Positions 17,135-27,322 of a DNA stretch of 64,000 nucleotides are shown one piece after another. The position numbers and the translations under genes were made by a program. The stretch spans positions 223,002-287,001 of the forward strand of contig JAUSED010000009.1 of assembly GCA_030650425.1 (NCBI GenBank), read 5' to 3'. Each line of letters begins with the position of its first letter. Position 1 is the first letter of the stretch. Under the pieces are notes generated by a model. That model saw only the letters and a program-made list of their open reading frames with translations. It did no database searches and was not told where the DNA came from. The stretch comes from Candidatus Omnitrophota bacterium. Its GTDB lineage: Bacteria > Omnitrophota > Gorgyraeia > Gygaellales > Profunditerraquicolaceae.

Positions 17135-18481
17135 TTACCTTCTGCCCTTAATATGGCTGCCTTTGATAAAACCTTCGTAGTGATGCGTAAGTAAATGCGA
17201 TTCTATCTGTTTTAAGGTATCCAACATCACTCCAACGATGATCAATATACCGGTACCTCCAAAGAAAGAAGCTACCAAATATGGAACTTTCAGCCAAGCC
17301 ATAATAAAATCCGGAAAGATGGCAATCACCACGATAAATGTCGCTCCCGCCAGAGTAATCCGAGTCATCACATAATCTAAGAACTCCGCCGTGGGTTGGC
17401 CCGGACGTATGCCCGGAATAAAACCGCCGTATTTTTTCATATTCTCAGAAAGATCCTGAGGATTGAACACAATAGCAGTATAAAAATAACAAAAGAACAT
17501 GATTAAGAGCGCGTAGACAACGCTGTAAAGTATATGCCCGCGGATTAAACTCTCCGCAAATCTCTGAAACCCCGGGTTAGGAATAAATGATGCCAGAGTC
17601 GCAGGAAAAAGTATGATTGACTGGGCAAAAATAATCGCGATAACTCCCGAGGTATCTACCTTTAAAGGTATATAGGTAGACTGTCCACCGTAAATCTTTC
17701 TCCCCACAATCCTGCGCGCGTATTGAACGGGAATTTTCCTCTGCCCTTGAGTAATCATAATCACCGCGAAAACTACACCTATTAAGAATGCGGCCATAAT
17801 GATCAACGTAAAGGGCTGAATCTGGCGGCGAGCGGAAGCAAAAGGCGAAACCAAGACGAATAACTGATGCATGGCTGCCGGGATTCTAGAGATTATACCC
17901 GCGGTAATCACTAAGGATATACCATTACCGATGCCCCTCTCTTGAATCTGCTCACCAAGCCACATAATAAAGATTGTCCCAGTAGTCAAAGTCAAAACAG
18001 TAATAATGCGGAAACCCCACCCCGGAGACATAACAATCCTTAAGCCTTCGAAACGCGCCGGATTTTCCAGCCAGAGAGCTATAAAATACGACTGAATCAG
18101 AGCTAAAGCCACCGTACCATAACGCGTAAATTGATTTATCTTTTCATAACCTGCTTTTCCCTCTTTAGCGATCTTTTCCAAAGCAGGAATTACCGCGGTC
18201 AATAGCTGTAGGATAATCGACGAGGATATATAAGGCATAATCCCCAAGGCAAAAATGGTCAACTTCTCCATAGCGCCGCCGGAAAACATATTAATTATGC
18301 CAAAGATCGTTCCGCCTTGCGTGCGGGAAATACGGTTAAAAAATTCTGCCAGGGCAGCCCCGTCGATCCCGGGAGTAGGAATATAGCAACCGACCCGGTA
18401 TACGGCGATCAACGCGCCGGTGATAATCAAACGCCTTTTTAAATCAGGGATCTTGAAAGCATTGATTAGCGCGCTAAACAT
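17135..18481 (-). CDS. secY: preprotein translocase subunit SecY
   Basis: 10-TM SecY family; operon position after rplO. Confidence 0.9.
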   Translation of the reverse strand: MFSALINAFKIPDLKRRLIITGALIAVYRVGCYIPTPGIDGAALAEFFNRISRTQGGTIFGIINMFSGGAMEKLTIFALGIMPYISSSIILQLLTAVIPALEKIAKEGKAGYEKINQFTRYGTVALALIQSYFIALWLENPARFEGLRIVMSPGWGFRIITVLTLTTGTIFIMWLGEQIQERGIGNGISLVITAGIISRIPAAMHQLFVLVSPFASARRQIQPFTLIIMAAFLIGVVFAVIMITQGQRKIPVQYARRIVGRKIYGGQSTYIPLKVDTSGVIAIIFAQSIILFPATLASFIPNPGFQRFAESLIRGHILYSVVYALLIMFFCYFYTAIVFNPQDLSENMKKYGGFIPGIRPGQPTAEFLDYVMTRITLAGATFIVVIAIFPDFIMAWLKVPYLVASFFGGTGILIIVGVMLDTLKQIESHLLTHHYEGFIKGSHIKGRR

Positions 18482-18989
18482 TTGCTCTCAGTAGTATAAT
18501 TTCCGCGATTCCGCCTGCCTTCTTAATCTCTTCGGAGGCTTTTTTAGAGAACGCGTGAGCCTGCACTGTGAGAGGGTTCTTTATAACGCCTTCCCCAAGT
18601 ATCTTAACCAGTTTATGTTCATCTTTAATTAAGCCTTTTGCCCTTAATAGTTCCGGATTAATGATCGCCTCCTTAATCTTTGCGAGATTCGCCAAGTTAA
18701 CGATCTGATATTCCTTTTTAAAGTTACTATTAAAGCCGCGTTTAGGCATCTTCCGGATTAAAGGAGATTGACCTCCTTCAAAACCTAAATAGAAATGCCT
18801 GCCAGCGCGGGAAGTCTGTCCCTTACTGCCTCTGGTCGAAGTCTTTCCATGCCCTGAGCTGGATCCTCTCCCTAAGTATTTCCTGCCTTTATGAGCTCCA
18901 GCCGGAGTTTTCAGGTTAAATAAACCAACTAACTGCGGATAATCTAATTCTGTTTTCTTAATTTTTTTGACGGAAGTTTTGCTTTTCAT
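18474..18989 (-). CDS. rplO: 50S ribosomal protein L15
   Basis: Gly/Arg-rich L15 N-terminal half ...GRGSSSGHGKTSTRGSKGQTSR... Confidence 0.85.
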   Translation of the reverse strand: MKSKTSVKKIKKTELDYPQLVGLFNLKTPAGAHKGRKYLGRGSSSGHGKTSTRGSKGQTSRAGRHFYLGFEGGQSPLIRKMPKRGFNSNFKKEYQIVNLANLAKIKEAIINPELLRAKGLIKDEHKLVKILGEGVIKNPLTVQAHAFSKKASEEIKKAGGIAEIILLRANV

Positions 18990-18990
18990 T

Positions 18991-19443
18991 TTAGGGCTTT
19001 AGGCTCTTTAGACCCTCAACTGTAGCTTTAATAACGTTAATAGGATTATTGGATTTAAGGCACTTGGTTAAAATATCTTTAATTCCTGCCGCTTCGCAGA
19101 TCGCGCGCACCGGGCCTGCCGCGATTACGCCTGTTCCTTCTGATGCCGGCTTAAGCATAACCTTGGCCGCGCCAAAGTGGCCGATAACTTCATGAGGAAT
19201 GGTCGAGCCTTCGAGTTGAACCCTAAAAAGGCTTTTCTTGGCTTTAGTTAAGGATTTACGGATGGCATCAGCTACTTCGTTAGCTTTATCCAGAGCAAAA
19301 CCAACCCTGCCCTTTGAATCGCCGACAACTACAAGCGCGCTAAAATGCAGCTTCTTTCCGCCTTTGGTAACTTTAGTTACGCGGTTAATCGTAATAACCT
19401 TCTCGATTAATTCCGGTTGATGCTCAATATTTAATTCGCGCAT
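18991..19443 (-). CDS. rpsE: 30S ribosomal protein S5 (directly followed by rplO; no L30 gene present)
   Basis: S5 dsRBD and C-terminal domain ...[20 protein letters not shown]... Confidence 0.9.
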   Translation of the reverse strand: MRELNIEHQPELIEKVITINRVTKVTKGGKKLHFSALVVVGDSKGRVGFALDKANEVADAIRKSLTKAKKSLFRVQLEGSTIPHEVIGHFGAAKVMLKPASEGTGVIAAGPVRAICEAAGIKDILTKCLKSNNPINVIKATVEGLKSLKP

Positions 19444-19446
19444 AAT

Positions 19447-19806
19447 TTAAAACTCCATTCCGCCTTTTCGTAAAGATTCGGCAAATGCCTTTACTCTTCC
19501 ATGGTATAAATAACCCGCACGGTCAAATATTATTTTACTGATACCTTTCTCTTTAGCCATTTTGGAAAAGGCCTCTCCGAATAAAATTGCTGATTTAATA
19601 TTTCCGTAAGCTATGCCTTTTTGTCTGAAATCTTTATTCGCTGTAGAAAAAGAAAACAACACTTTATTCTCAGTATCATCAATAATCTGGGCTGAAAGAT
19701 TATTCAAAGAACGCCGGATAACTAAACGCGGCTTATCCTTGGTCCCCTGCATCTTCATTCTGATCCGGTTATGTCTTTTAACCCTTAAGAGTTCTTTTCT
19801 ATTCAT
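19447..19806 (-). CDS. rplR: 50S ribosomal protein L18
   Basis: L18 family; operon position. Confidence 0.85.
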   Translation of the reverse strand: MNRKELLRVKRHNRIRMKMQGTKDKPRLVIRRSLNNLSAQIIDDTENKVLFSFSTANKDFRQKGIAYGNIKSAILFGEAFSKMAKEKGISKIIFDRAGYLYHGRVKAFAESLRKGGMEF

Positions 19807-19807
19807 T

Positions 19808-20359
19808 TTATTTTCCGCCGCTGGTTGCTTGAGCCTTGCCGACTTTCTTTTTCACGTATTCTCCGACGAAACGAATCCCTTTACCTTTATATGGCTCAGG
19901 AGGGAATATGGCGCGTATTTCCGTAGAGATCTTACCTACTAACGCCTTATCAATACCTCTGACTACTATTTGCGTTGGCTTAGGAGTCTCTACTTTTATC
20001 CCCGCGGGAATAGTAAAATTCACCGGGTGAGAAAAACCTAAACTCATATTCAAATTATCTCCCTGCACAGCCGCCTTAAAACCAACTCCGATTATTTCAA
20101 GTTCTTTTACATAGCCTTCGGTAACTCCCTTAATCATATTCACGATCAAAGCCCGGTATAATCCGTGCAGTGATTTATCCATCTTGGTATCCGCTACGCG
20201 TAAAACCTTTACTTGCCCGTCTTTGATCTCTAGACTAATCCGGGGTGAAAGAGGCAAGTTTAATTTACCCTTCGCGCCTTCTACCAAAACAGCATTATCC
20301 TTGACTTCGATTTTAACTTCTTTAGGGACAATGATCAGTTTCTTGCCTATTCTAGACAT
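19808..20359 (-). CDS. rplF: 50S ribosomal protein L6
   Basis: MSRIGKKLIIVPKEVKIEV... is L6. Confidence 0.9.
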   Translation of the reverse strand: MSRIGKKLIIVPKEVKIEVKDNAVLVEGAKGKLNLPLSPRISLEIKDGQVKVLRVADTKMDKSLHGLYRALIVNMIKGVTEGYVKELEIIGVGFKAAVQGDNLNMSLGFSHPVNFTIPAGIKVETPKPTQIVVRGIDKALVGKISTEIRAIFPPEPYKGKGIRFVGEYVKKKVGKAQATSGGK

Positions 20360-20369
20360 ATTTCCTTCC

Positions 20370-20765
20370 TTACCAGATATAACCGATTACTTCTCCGCCC
20401 AAACCCTTTTCTCGGGCATCTTTATCCGTCAGAATTCCTCCGGAAGTAGAAACAATCGCTAAACCTCTTCCTCTTAAGACTATCGGAACCTTTTTGTGTT
20501 TGACGTATAAACGTAAGCCAGGACGGGAAATACGCTTGATATTCCTAATCGCGGATTTACCGGCGACATATTTTAAGTAGATTCGGACTTGGCCCTGTTT
20601 TTTATCCTCAATCAATTTAAAATTATCGATATAGCCTTCTCTCTTAAGGATATCCAAGATCGCTTTTATCATATTGGAAGCCGGAACGTCTACGCTATCT
20701 TTCTTGGTCATAATGGCATTACGTATAATCGTAAAACAATCGGCTATTAGATCTGTTCTTGACAT
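20370..20765 (-). CDS. rpsH: 30S ribosomal protein S8
   Basis: MSRTDLIADCFTIIRNA... is S8. Confidence 0.9.
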   Translation of the reverse strand: MSRTDLIADCFTIIRNAIMTKKDSVDVPASNMIKAILDILKREGYIDNFKLIEDKKQGQVRIYLKYVAGKSAIRNIKRISRPGLRLYVKHKKVPIVLRGRGLAIVSTSGGILTDKDAREKGLGGEVIGYIW

Positions 20766-20787
20766 TTTTTCCTCGATTTTGGGTTAC

Positions 20788-20973
20788 TTACCAGCTTGCT
20801 TTCTTTATTCCCGGGATCAAGCCCTGCCAGGCTAATTCTCTAAAACATATGCGGCACAATTGAAACCTGCGCAGATATCCTCCGCTCCTGCCGCAGATCG
20901 CGCAGCGATTATGTTTACGCGTCGAGAACTTTGCCGGCCTCTTCCATCTTGCAATCTGTGAATTTTTCGCCAT
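20788..20973 (-). CDS. rpsZ: 30S ribosomal protein S14 type Z (zinc-binding, 61 aa)
   Basis: [10 protein letters not shown]...CRIC Cys4 motif. Confidence 0.9.
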   Translation of the reverse strand: MAKNSQIARWKRPAKFSTRKHNRCAICGRSGGYLRRFQLCRICFRELAWQGLIPGIKKASW

Positions 20974-20981
20974 ATCCTTCC

Positions 20982-21536
20982 TTAGTCCTTGTCGGTTTTA
21001 AAAGGCAAGCCGAACAATTTCAATATAAGGCGGGCCTCTTCTTTATTTCTCACGTTCTTAATTACAAAGGTTATATCCATGCCTTGCGTGCGGGTCAATT
21101 TATCATAATCTATCTCGGGAAATATCCCCTGCTCGCTAAGTCCCAAAGTATAATTCCCCGCCTGGTCAAAGGCATCGGGAGAAACCCCTCTAAAGTCGCG
21201 TATACGCGGCAAAGCGATATTAAGCAATCTATCCATAAATTCATACATCATCGCCCGGCGTAAAGTCACCTTACAGCCAATAGGAGAATTTTCTTTAAGC
21301 TTAAAATTTGAGATCGCTTTCTTTGCCCGGCGCATAATCGACTTTTGTCCTGTGATTGCCGCTAATTCATCCATCGCCCTTTCTAAAATTTTAACATCTT
21401 GCAGTGCTTCACCTACCCCCATGTTCACCACTATCTTATCTATGCGAGGGCAGGCCATTCTATTCTTCAACTTTAATTCCTGCATCATCTGCGGGACTAT
21501 TTCTTTCCTGTATTTTTCCAATAATCTAGGTACCAT
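20982..21536 (-). CDS. rplE: 50S ribosomal protein L5
   Basis: L5 family; operon position. Confidence 0.9.
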   Translation of the reverse strand: MVPRLLEKYRKEIVPQMMQELKLKNRMACPRIDKIVVNMGVGEALQDVKILERAMDELAAITGQKSIMRRAKKAISNFKLKENSPIGCKVTLRRAMMYEFMDRLLNIALPRIRDFRGVSPDAFDQAGNYTLGLSEQGIFPEIDYDKLTRTQGMDITFVIKNVRNKEEARLILKLFGLPFKTDKD

Positions 21537-21537
21537 T

Positions 21538-21849
21538 TTATATTACCTCTTTACAAGCTTTACAAACCCTGGACTTTGTGCCATCTTTAAGAATTAAAAA
21601 TCCTACTCTCGTAGCCCGATCGCAGTGTTTACAGACTAACATAATATTGCCCAAGGCAATAGGCATCTCAATTGAAACGATCCCACCTTGAGTATCCTGA
21701 CGCGTCTGGCGCTTATGTTTTTTAGCCAAGTTTATTCCTTCCACCAGCGCGCGGCCATTAGCAGAAAAAACCTGGACAACCTTTCCCTTTTTCCCTTTAT
21801 CTTTCCCTTTTATGGCTTGAACGATATCGCCTTTTCTTATTTTCTTCAT
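21538..21849 (-). CDS. rplX: 50S ribosomal protein L24 (C-terminal segment carries a CxxC...CxxC motif)
   Basis: MKKIRKGDIVQAIKGKDKGKKGKV... KOW domain; C-terminus CKHCDRATRVGF...CKACKEVI. Confidence 0.85.
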   Translation of the reverse strand: MKKIRKGDIVQAIKGKDKGKKGKVVQVFSANGRALVEGINLAKKHKRQTRQDTQGGIVSIEMPIALGNIMLVCKHCDRATRVGFLILKDGTKSRVCKACKEVI

Positions 21850-22218
21850 TTATATTACCTCGGGAGCCAAAGAAATAATCTTGGAGAAATTCCTATCCCT
21901 TAATTCGCGGGCTACCGGCCCGAATACACGCGTGCCCCGGGGATTAGACAGTTTATCAATAAAAACTAAAGCATTCCGGTCAAACCTTAATACTGACCCA
22001 TCCGAGCGCCTTATCGCCTGGCGCGTCCTGACAATAACCGCCCTTGCCACTTCTCCCTTTTTAATCGTAGCGTCGGGAGATGATTCTTTAATGTTCACGT
22101 TAACCACATCACCGATCTCGGCATTGGGACAATTCTTTTTACCCAAAACTCCGATTAAAGACGCACGCTTTGCGCCGGTATTATCCGCTACATCTAATAT
22201 AGTACGCAACTGGATCAT
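21850..22218 (-). CDS. rplN: 50S ribosomal protein L14
   Basis: [17 protein letters not shown]... is L14. Confidence 0.9.
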   Translation of the reverse strand: MIQLRTILDVADNTGAKRASLIGVLGKKNCPNAEIGDVVNVNIKESSPDATIKKGEVARAVIVRTRQAIRRSDGSVLRFDRNALVFIDKLSNPRGTRVFGPVARELRDRNFSKIISLAPEVI

Positions 22219-22544
22219 TTAATCTCCTCGTCTTCCTTCGGCTTCGCCGATTGGCGAACCGGCAAAACAGGCTCTTTAATCTCGATTTTATCGACAGCCC
22301 GCGCTTTTTTCACAATCTCCAGGACTCTAAAATGCTTATCCTTGGAAAGCGGCCGGGTTTCTTCTATGCGCACCGTGTCGCCAAGTTTAGCCAGACCTGC
22401 CTCATTATGGGCTTTAAATTTATTGTAACTTTTGGCTACGCGGGAATACTTGGCGTGTTTACTCATGCGCATCACGCGCACAACCACTGTCTTCTGCATC
22501 TTATCGCTTATTACCGTACCTGTGAATTCTTTTCTCTTACCCAT
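22215..22544 (-). CDS. rpsQ: 30S ribosomal protein S17 (with a ~25-aa C-terminal extension)
   Basis: S17 OB fold ...[18 protein letters not shown]... Confidence 0.85.
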   Translation of the reverse strand: MGKRKEFTGTVISDKMQKTVVVRVMRMSKHAKYSRVAKSYNKFKAHNEAGLAKLGDTVRIEETRPLSKDKHFRVLEIVKKARAVDKIEIKEPVLPVRQSAKPKEDEEIK

Positions 22545-22547
22545 TTT

Positions 22548-22748
22548 TTATTCTTTCTTTGTATTTAATGCTGTCTCTACCACCGCTAATTCCCTCTTAA
22601 CTAGAGAAAACAAATGCGGCTTCTCAACTCTACCGGAATAACGTTGAGCATTAAGTTTAAAAAGCTCATCCTTGAGAGATTTCTCTTTATCTAATAATTC
22701 CGCTTTTGATAAATTGATTAATTCTTTTGCTTTTAGTCTTTTGGCCAT
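22548..22748 (-). CDS. rpmC: 50S ribosomal protein L29
   Basis: 66 aa helical L29; operon position. Confidence 0.85.
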   Translation of the reverse strand: MAKRLKAKELINLSKAELLDKEKSLKDELFKLNAQRYSGRVEKPHLFSLVKRELAVVETALNTKKE

Positions 22749-22749
22749 A

Positions 22750-23166
22750 TTATTTATGTATACGCGTTATAAACTTCGTCCTGAGCGGTAATTTATAAGC
22801 AACCAGCCTGAAGCATTGACGGGCATACTCTTCGGGAACACCCCCTAACTCAAACATTATCTTACCTCTTCTAACTACGGCTACCCAATGATCAAGGTCG
22901 CCCTTACCTTTGCCCATACGCACTTCTGCCGGCTTTTTGGTTATGGATTTATCCGGAAAAACCCTGATCCAGAGTTTTCCTCCCTTATGCAGCTGCCGGG
23001 CGATAATTACGCGCGCCGCTTCAATCTGGTTATTTTTTAACCAGCCATTTTCCAGACTCTTCAATCCAAATTCACCAAAGGCCAGATCCGCGCCGCTGGT
23101 GGCAACTCCCCGACGCTGTCCCTTTTGCAATTTACGGTATTTTACTCTCTTAGGCATTAAAGGCAT
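22750..23166 (-). CDS. rplP: 50S ribosomal protein L16
   Basis: MPLMPKRVKYRKLQKG... is L16. Confidence 0.9.
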   Translation of the reverse strand: MPLMPKRVKYRKLQKGQRRGVATSGADLAFGEFGLKSLENGWLKNNQIEAARVIIARQLHKGGKLWIRVFPDKSITKKPAEVRMGKGKGDLDHWVAVVRRGKIMFELGGVPEEYARQCFRLVAYKLPLRTKFITRIHK

Positions 23167-23167
23167 T

Positions 23168-23860
23168 TTAATTCATCCCCTTCTTAGCCCTATCTTCCTG
23201 GACGTTGCTTGCCGTTTCCTGAATAACTTTTTTTTCCAATACATCTCCTTTATAAATCCAGACTTTAACGCCTATGAGCCCATAAGTAGTAAGACTCTCG
23301 GCAAAACCATAATCTATATCTGCGCGAAAAGTCTGTAAAGGAACTTTTCCGATCTTATAAGTTTCAGTGCGGGACATCTCTGCGCCATTAAGCCGGCCGG
23401 CGCAACAAACCCTTATGCCTTTTACCCCGGCATTGATTGATTGCTCCATAGCGCGTTTTACAGCCCTGCGAAACGCAACTCTCTTTTCCATTTGGAAAGC
23501 GACGTTTTCCGCCACCAGCTGCGCATCCCAAGCGGGATTCTTTACTTCTTCAATATCAATGGCTATTTCCTGCTTGACCATAGTATTTAAATCATCTCTT
23601 AAGCGCTCGATATCCGCGCCGTGCCTGCCGATGATCAATCCTGGACGGGCGCTGAATATCCTGATCCTTATTTTATCCGCTAACCTGTCGATGACGATCT
23701 TAGAGATCGCGGCCTGTTTAAATCTTTTCTTGATAAATTTACGGATATTGTAGTCCTGATAGATAAACTTAGGATAATCCTTGTGTCCGGCATACCAACG
23801 GGAATGCCAGTTTTTAATAAAACCGATCCTTAAAATTAACGGACTAACCTTTTGCCCCAT
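23168..23860 (-). CDS. rpsC: 30S ribosomal protein S3
   Basis: MGQKVSPLILRIG...KH domain... is S3. Confidence 0.9.
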   Translation of the reverse strand: MGQKVSPLILRIGFIKNWHSRWYAGHKDYPKFIYQDYNIRKFIKKRFKQAAISKIVIDRLADKIRIRIFSARPGLIIGRHGADIERLRDDLNTMVKQEIAIDIEEVKNPAWDAQLVAENVAFQMEKRVAFRRAVKRAMEQSINAGVKGIRVCCAGRLNGAEMSRTETYKIGKVPLQTFRADIDYGFAESLTTYGLIGVKVWIYKGDVLEKKVIQETASNVQEDRAKKGMN

Positions 23861-23864
23861 GTAT

Positions 23865-24203
23865 TTATTCTCCTGATTTCAAATCTAATTCGATTTTGAT
23901 ATGTGAAGTTCTTTTTAAGATCGGCTGCGCCCGGCCAAAAGCAGCAGCTTTAAACCTTTTCCAGCTTGGACCCGGATTACATACGGCCTTAGAAACATAA
24001 AGCTGGTCGATGTTAAAACCTTTGACCTTAGCATTGGCAATCGCTGATTTTAAAATCTTGATCAGGTATTCTTTCGGACGCTTATTGATGTTTAGAAGAA
24101 TACTCTGGGCTAAGACGGCATCCTTGCTGCGGATAAGATCCATTACCTGCCCGACCTTTCTCGGTGAAACTCTCAAAAATTTTCCTTCTGCTTTAGCGAT
24201 CAT
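23865..24203 (-). CDS. rplV: 50S ribosomal protein L22
   Basis: L22 family; operon position. Confidence 0.85.
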   Translation of the reverse strand: MIAKAEGKFLRVSPRKVGQVMDLIRSKDAVLAQSILLNINKRPKEYLIKILKSAIANAKVKGFNIDQLYVSKAVCNPGPSWKRFKAAAFGRAQPILKRTSHIKIELDLKSGE

Positions 24204-24204
24204 C

Positions 24205-24492
24205 TTAAGTCTTTTCTAACGCCTTCTTGGCTTTTACGCCGCCGTGTTTCCTGAATATGCGGGTAGGAGCAAATTCTCCCAGTTTGTGGCCGACCATATT
24301 TTCAGTCACAAAAACCGGGACATGTTTTTTCCCGTCGTGAACAGCAAAAGTCAAACCTACGAAATCCGGGATGACGGTCGAGCTCCTTGACCAGGTTTTA
24401 ATCGCCTGGCGCGTCCCGGACTTACGCAACTGATCAACTTTTCGTAACAATCTCTCCTCGACAAAAGGACCTTTTTTTAATGAACGCGGCAT
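24205..24492 (-). CDS. rpsS: 30S ribosomal protein S19
   Basis: [16 protein letters not shown]... is S19. Confidence 0.9.
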   Translation of the reverse strand: MPRSLKKGPFVEERLLRKVDQLRKSGTRQAIKTWSRSSTVIPDFVGLTFAVHDGKKHVPVFVTENMVGHKLGEFAPTRIFRKHGGVKAKKALEKT

Positions 24493-24493
24493 T

Positions 24494-25330
24494 TTATGGT
24501 TTCCTTCTCTTTATGATGAACTTATTGGAATATTTTTTACGATTTCTGGTGCGATAACCTTTAGTAGGCTTGCCCCAAGGAGTAACCGGATGCGGATTAC
24601 CCTGGCCTGACTTTCCTTCACCCCCGCCATGTGGATGATCCACAGGGTTCATCGCTAAACCTCTTGACTGTGGCTTTACGCCAAGCCACCTATTTCTGCC
24701 TGCCTTACCTAAATACAGCGCTTCATGTTCCACATTCCCCACTTGGCCAATAGTAGCATGGCAATCAAGACTGACCAGCCTCACCTCGCCGGAAGGAAGC
24801 TTTATGTGGGCATAGTCCCCTTCTTTAGCCATAATCTGGGCGCTGGAACCAGCGGAACGGACAACCTGACCGCCTTGGCCTTTGCTCAATTCTAGATTAT
24901 GGATAAGTGTCCCTGAAGGCATATGCCTTAAGAGCAAACAATTACCAGTCTGAATTTCTATATCCTTTTGATTGCTTGAAATAACCGTCTGCCCCACATC
25001 CAACCCCACAGGAGCTAATATATACCTTCTCTCCTTATTTGGATACTCGACCAAGGCGATCCGGCATGAACGGTTAGGATCATATTCAATAGCGATTATC
25101 TTAGCCGGAATCTCAAAAATATTCCGCTTAAAATCAATAACTCTTAGCATCCTCTTATGCCCGCCGCCGCGATGCCTAGAAGTAATCCTTCCGTAAGAAT
25201 TTCTGCCACCGGATTTCTTTAAAGGCCGCAACAATGATTTTTCCGGCTTATCCTTGGTAATTTCAAAGAAATCCGGGCCGGTCATATGCCTGCGCGAAGG
25301 TGTTGTTGGTTTAAAGTATTTAAGTCCCAT
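24494..25330 (-). CDS. rplB: 50S ribosomal protein L2
   Basis: L2 signature ...[14 protein letters not shown]... Confidence 0.9.
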   Translation of the reverse strand: MGLKYFKPTTPSRRHMTGPDFFEITKDKPEKSLLRPLKKSGGRNSYGRITSRHRGGGHKRMLRVIDFKRNIFEIPAKIIAIEYDPNRSCRIALVEYPNKERRYILAPVGLDVGQTVISSNQKDIEIQTGNCLLLRHMPSGTLIHNLELSKGQGGQVVRSAGSSAQIMAKEGDYAHIKLPSGEVRLVSLDCHATIGQVGNVEHEALYLGKAGRNRWLGVKPQSRGLAMNPVDHPHGGGEGKSGQGNPHPVTPWGKPTKGYRTRNRKKYSNKFIIKRRKP

Positions 25331-25331
25331 C

Positions 25332-25613
25332 TTATGAACCTACCTCTATTTTCTGTCCCGCCTTTAAAGTAACTACCGCTTTTTTGGAATCCGGAGTACG
25401 ACCTAATTGATGGCGTACCCTTTTTAATTTACCAAAAGAGATAAAAGTATTAACATCTTTGACTTTGACCTTATAGAGCTGTTCAACCGCGCTCTTAATC
25501 TGGATCTTATTCGCTTTTATACCTACAAGAAAAAGATACTTGGCACTCGGCTCATAGACCGTTGACTTTTCCGTACGCATCAAAGACTTGATTATATCCT
25601 GCGCATAATTCAT
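25332..25613 (-). CDS. rplW: 50S ribosomal protein L23
   Basis: L23 family; operon position. Confidence 0.85.
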   Translation of the reverse strand: MNYAQDIIKSLMRTEKSTVYEPSAKYLFLVGIKANKIQIKSAVEQLYKVKVKDVNTFISFGKLKRVRHQLGRTPDSKKAVVTLKAGQKIEVGS

Positions 25614-26263
25614 TTGGCCAGCCTTTTAGTAAGCTTGGTTAAACCGTCTTTAGTAATGATTAATTTTTTATGCGCTAACACTTCATAGACGTTGGTATCA
25701 GAAGCAAGATTGAATCTTAAGAAATCGATGTTCCTTAAAGCGAGTTTGGCGTTAGCGCCAGCCTCGTTCAATAGTAAAAGCACAGACGAGCCTTTCTTAT
25801 TTTTAGCAGCGCTCACTTTAAGGTTAGTAAATAACTTTAGCGCTTCTTTAGTCTTGGTTGTATCCAGCTTGAGTTCGTCCAATATGATAAAATTATTCTC
25901 TTTCACTTTAGCGTTAAGGCTTGATTTTAAAGCCACTGCTTTTATTTTATCAGGAAGGGTGTAAGAAAAATCCCTTGGATGCGGCCCAAAGATTACACCG
26001 CCATGCCTCCAGAGAGGAGAACGGGTTGAACCTACGCGTGCCCGGCCTGTTCCTTTTTGTTTCCAAGGTTTTTTACCACCGCCGGATACTTCGCCTCTTG
26101 TTTTTGTGGCGGCTAGACCTTTTCTCTGATTAGCCCGATAGGCAGTAATCGCCTGATAGATGGCTTCAGAGTTGATTATGCCGTCAAAAACCGAAGCATT
26201 TAATTTTACTTTATCTACTTCTTTGCCTGCCGTATTATATATAGGTAAGGTAATAGCTTCCAT
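25610..26263 (-). CDS. rplD: 50S ribosomal protein L4
   Basis: L4 family ...GGGKKPWKQKGTGRAR... Confidence 0.9.
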   Translation of the reverse strand: MEAITLPIYNTAGKEVDKVKLNASVFDGIINSEAIYQAITAYRANQRKGLAATKTRGEVSGGGKKPWKQKGTGRARVGSTRSPLWRHGGVIFGPHPRDFSYTLPDKIKAVALKSSLNAKVKENNFIILDELKLDTTKTKEALKLFTNLKVSAAKNKKGSSVLLLLNEAGANAKLALRNIDFLRFNLASDTNVYEVLAHKKLIITKDGLTKLTKRLAK

Positions 26264-26266
26264 TTT

Positions 26267-26929
26267 TTATTTCTTAGTAGGCTTTGCTTTAGTCGTAGCT
26301 ACGGGATTTTTAGCCTTAGCCGACTTTTTTATGGCTTTTTTAATAATTAGATAACCGTTTTTAAATCCCGGAACAGCACCCTTTACTAAAAGTATATTAT
26401 TTTCAAGATCGATCTTGACTATTTTCAGGTTCTGGGTGGTTACCCCGATAGCTCCCATATGCCCGGGCATATGATGCCCTCTCCATACTCTTCCAGGAGT
26501 AGTAGTTGAACCTATCGAACCAACACGCCGATGCGAAGTTGATCCATGAGTCATCGGACCGCCATGCCAATGCCAGCGTTTCATCCCTCCCTGAAAACCT
26601 TTACCTATAGATATACCGCTGACATCTACAAAATCTCCCGGAGCAAAGATATCCAGTTTGATCTCTTCTCCAACTTTATATTCTTTGGAAGGTTCCTTAG
26701 GAAGTTCTCGGATAAACTTACGGCAGACAATATTTAATTTTTTAAAATAGCCTGCCTGGGGCTTCTTTAAACTCTTCTCTTTAACCTCATCAAACCCCAA
26801 TTGGATATTTCTTTCCGTAATTGCTAATACCGGACAAGGCCCTGCCTCCATCGCTGTGACGTTCACAAGAGAACCGTCCTCAGCAAAAATCTGTGTCATG
26901 CCAATTTTTTTGCCTAATATTCCGATCAT
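26267..26929 (-). CDS. rplC: 50S ribosomal protein L3
   Basis: [15 protein letters not shown]... is L3. Confidence 0.9.
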   Translation of the reverse strand: MIGILGKKIGMTQIFAEDGSLVNVTAMEAGPCPVLAITERNIQLGFDEVKEKSLKKPQAGYFKKLNIVCRKFIRELPKEPSKEYKVGEEIKLDIFAPGDFVDVSGISIGKGFQGGMKRWHWHGGPMTHGSTSHRRVGSIGSTTTPGRVWRGHHMPGHMGAIGVTTQNLKIVKIDLENNILLVKGAVPGFKNGYLIIKKAIKKSAKAKNPVATTKAKPTKK

Positions 26930-27234
26930 TTTATTTCCACATCCACCCCTGAGGGCAGATTTAATTTCCTCAATGAATCAATCGTCTTAGCTGTTGGTTC
27001 GAATATATCGATGAGTCTTTTATGCGTGGATAAATCGAACTGTTCGCGGGACTTTTTGTCAATAACCGGAGAACGTAAGACCGTATAGATTTCCCTTCTG
27101 GTAGGAAGAGGAACCGGGCCGGCGATTTTGGCGCCGGTCCGTTTAACAGTCTCAACGATCTCTAAAACCGCCTGGTCCAAGAGCCGATGATCATAAGCTT
27201 TTAATTTTATGCGTATCTTTTGTGCGACTGACAT
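26926..27234 (-). CDS. rpsJ: 30S ribosomal protein S10
   Basis: ...[15 protein letters not shown]... is S10. Confidence 0.9.
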   Translation of the reverse strand: MSVAQKIRIKLKAYDHRLLDQAVLEIVETVKRTGAKIAGPVPLPTRREIYTVLRSPVIDKKSREQFDLSTHKRLIDIFEPTAKTIDSLRKLNLPSGVDVEIK

Positions 27235-27237
27235 ATT

Positions 27238-27321
27238 TTATGAGCGCTTGACTTACGAACACACGGTGTGAGTAAGTCAATGCGCGAATTAACTCAGCCC
27301 TTACATGCAAGGGCTGAGTCA
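27238..27321. repeat. ~85-bp two-hairpin structured element (family C, copy 1) filling the tuf-rpsJ intergenic region
   Basis: Hairpin 1: gcgcttgacttac ... gtaagtcaatgcgc. Hairpin 2: cagccctta-catg-caagggctg. ~90% identical to the copy at 39398-39481. Confidence 0.7.
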
Positions 27322-27322
27322 C

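Noticed and set aside
18989-18991. Hidden rpmD (L30) between rpsE and rplO
   Set aside because: The rpsE start and rplO stop are 2 bp apart, leaving no room for a ~60-codon gene.
27238-27321. Calling the family-C hairpins rho-independent terminators
   Set aside because: Neither strand has a U-tract after the stems, and one copy sits between rplJ and rplL, which must be cotranscribed. Left as an element of unknown function.
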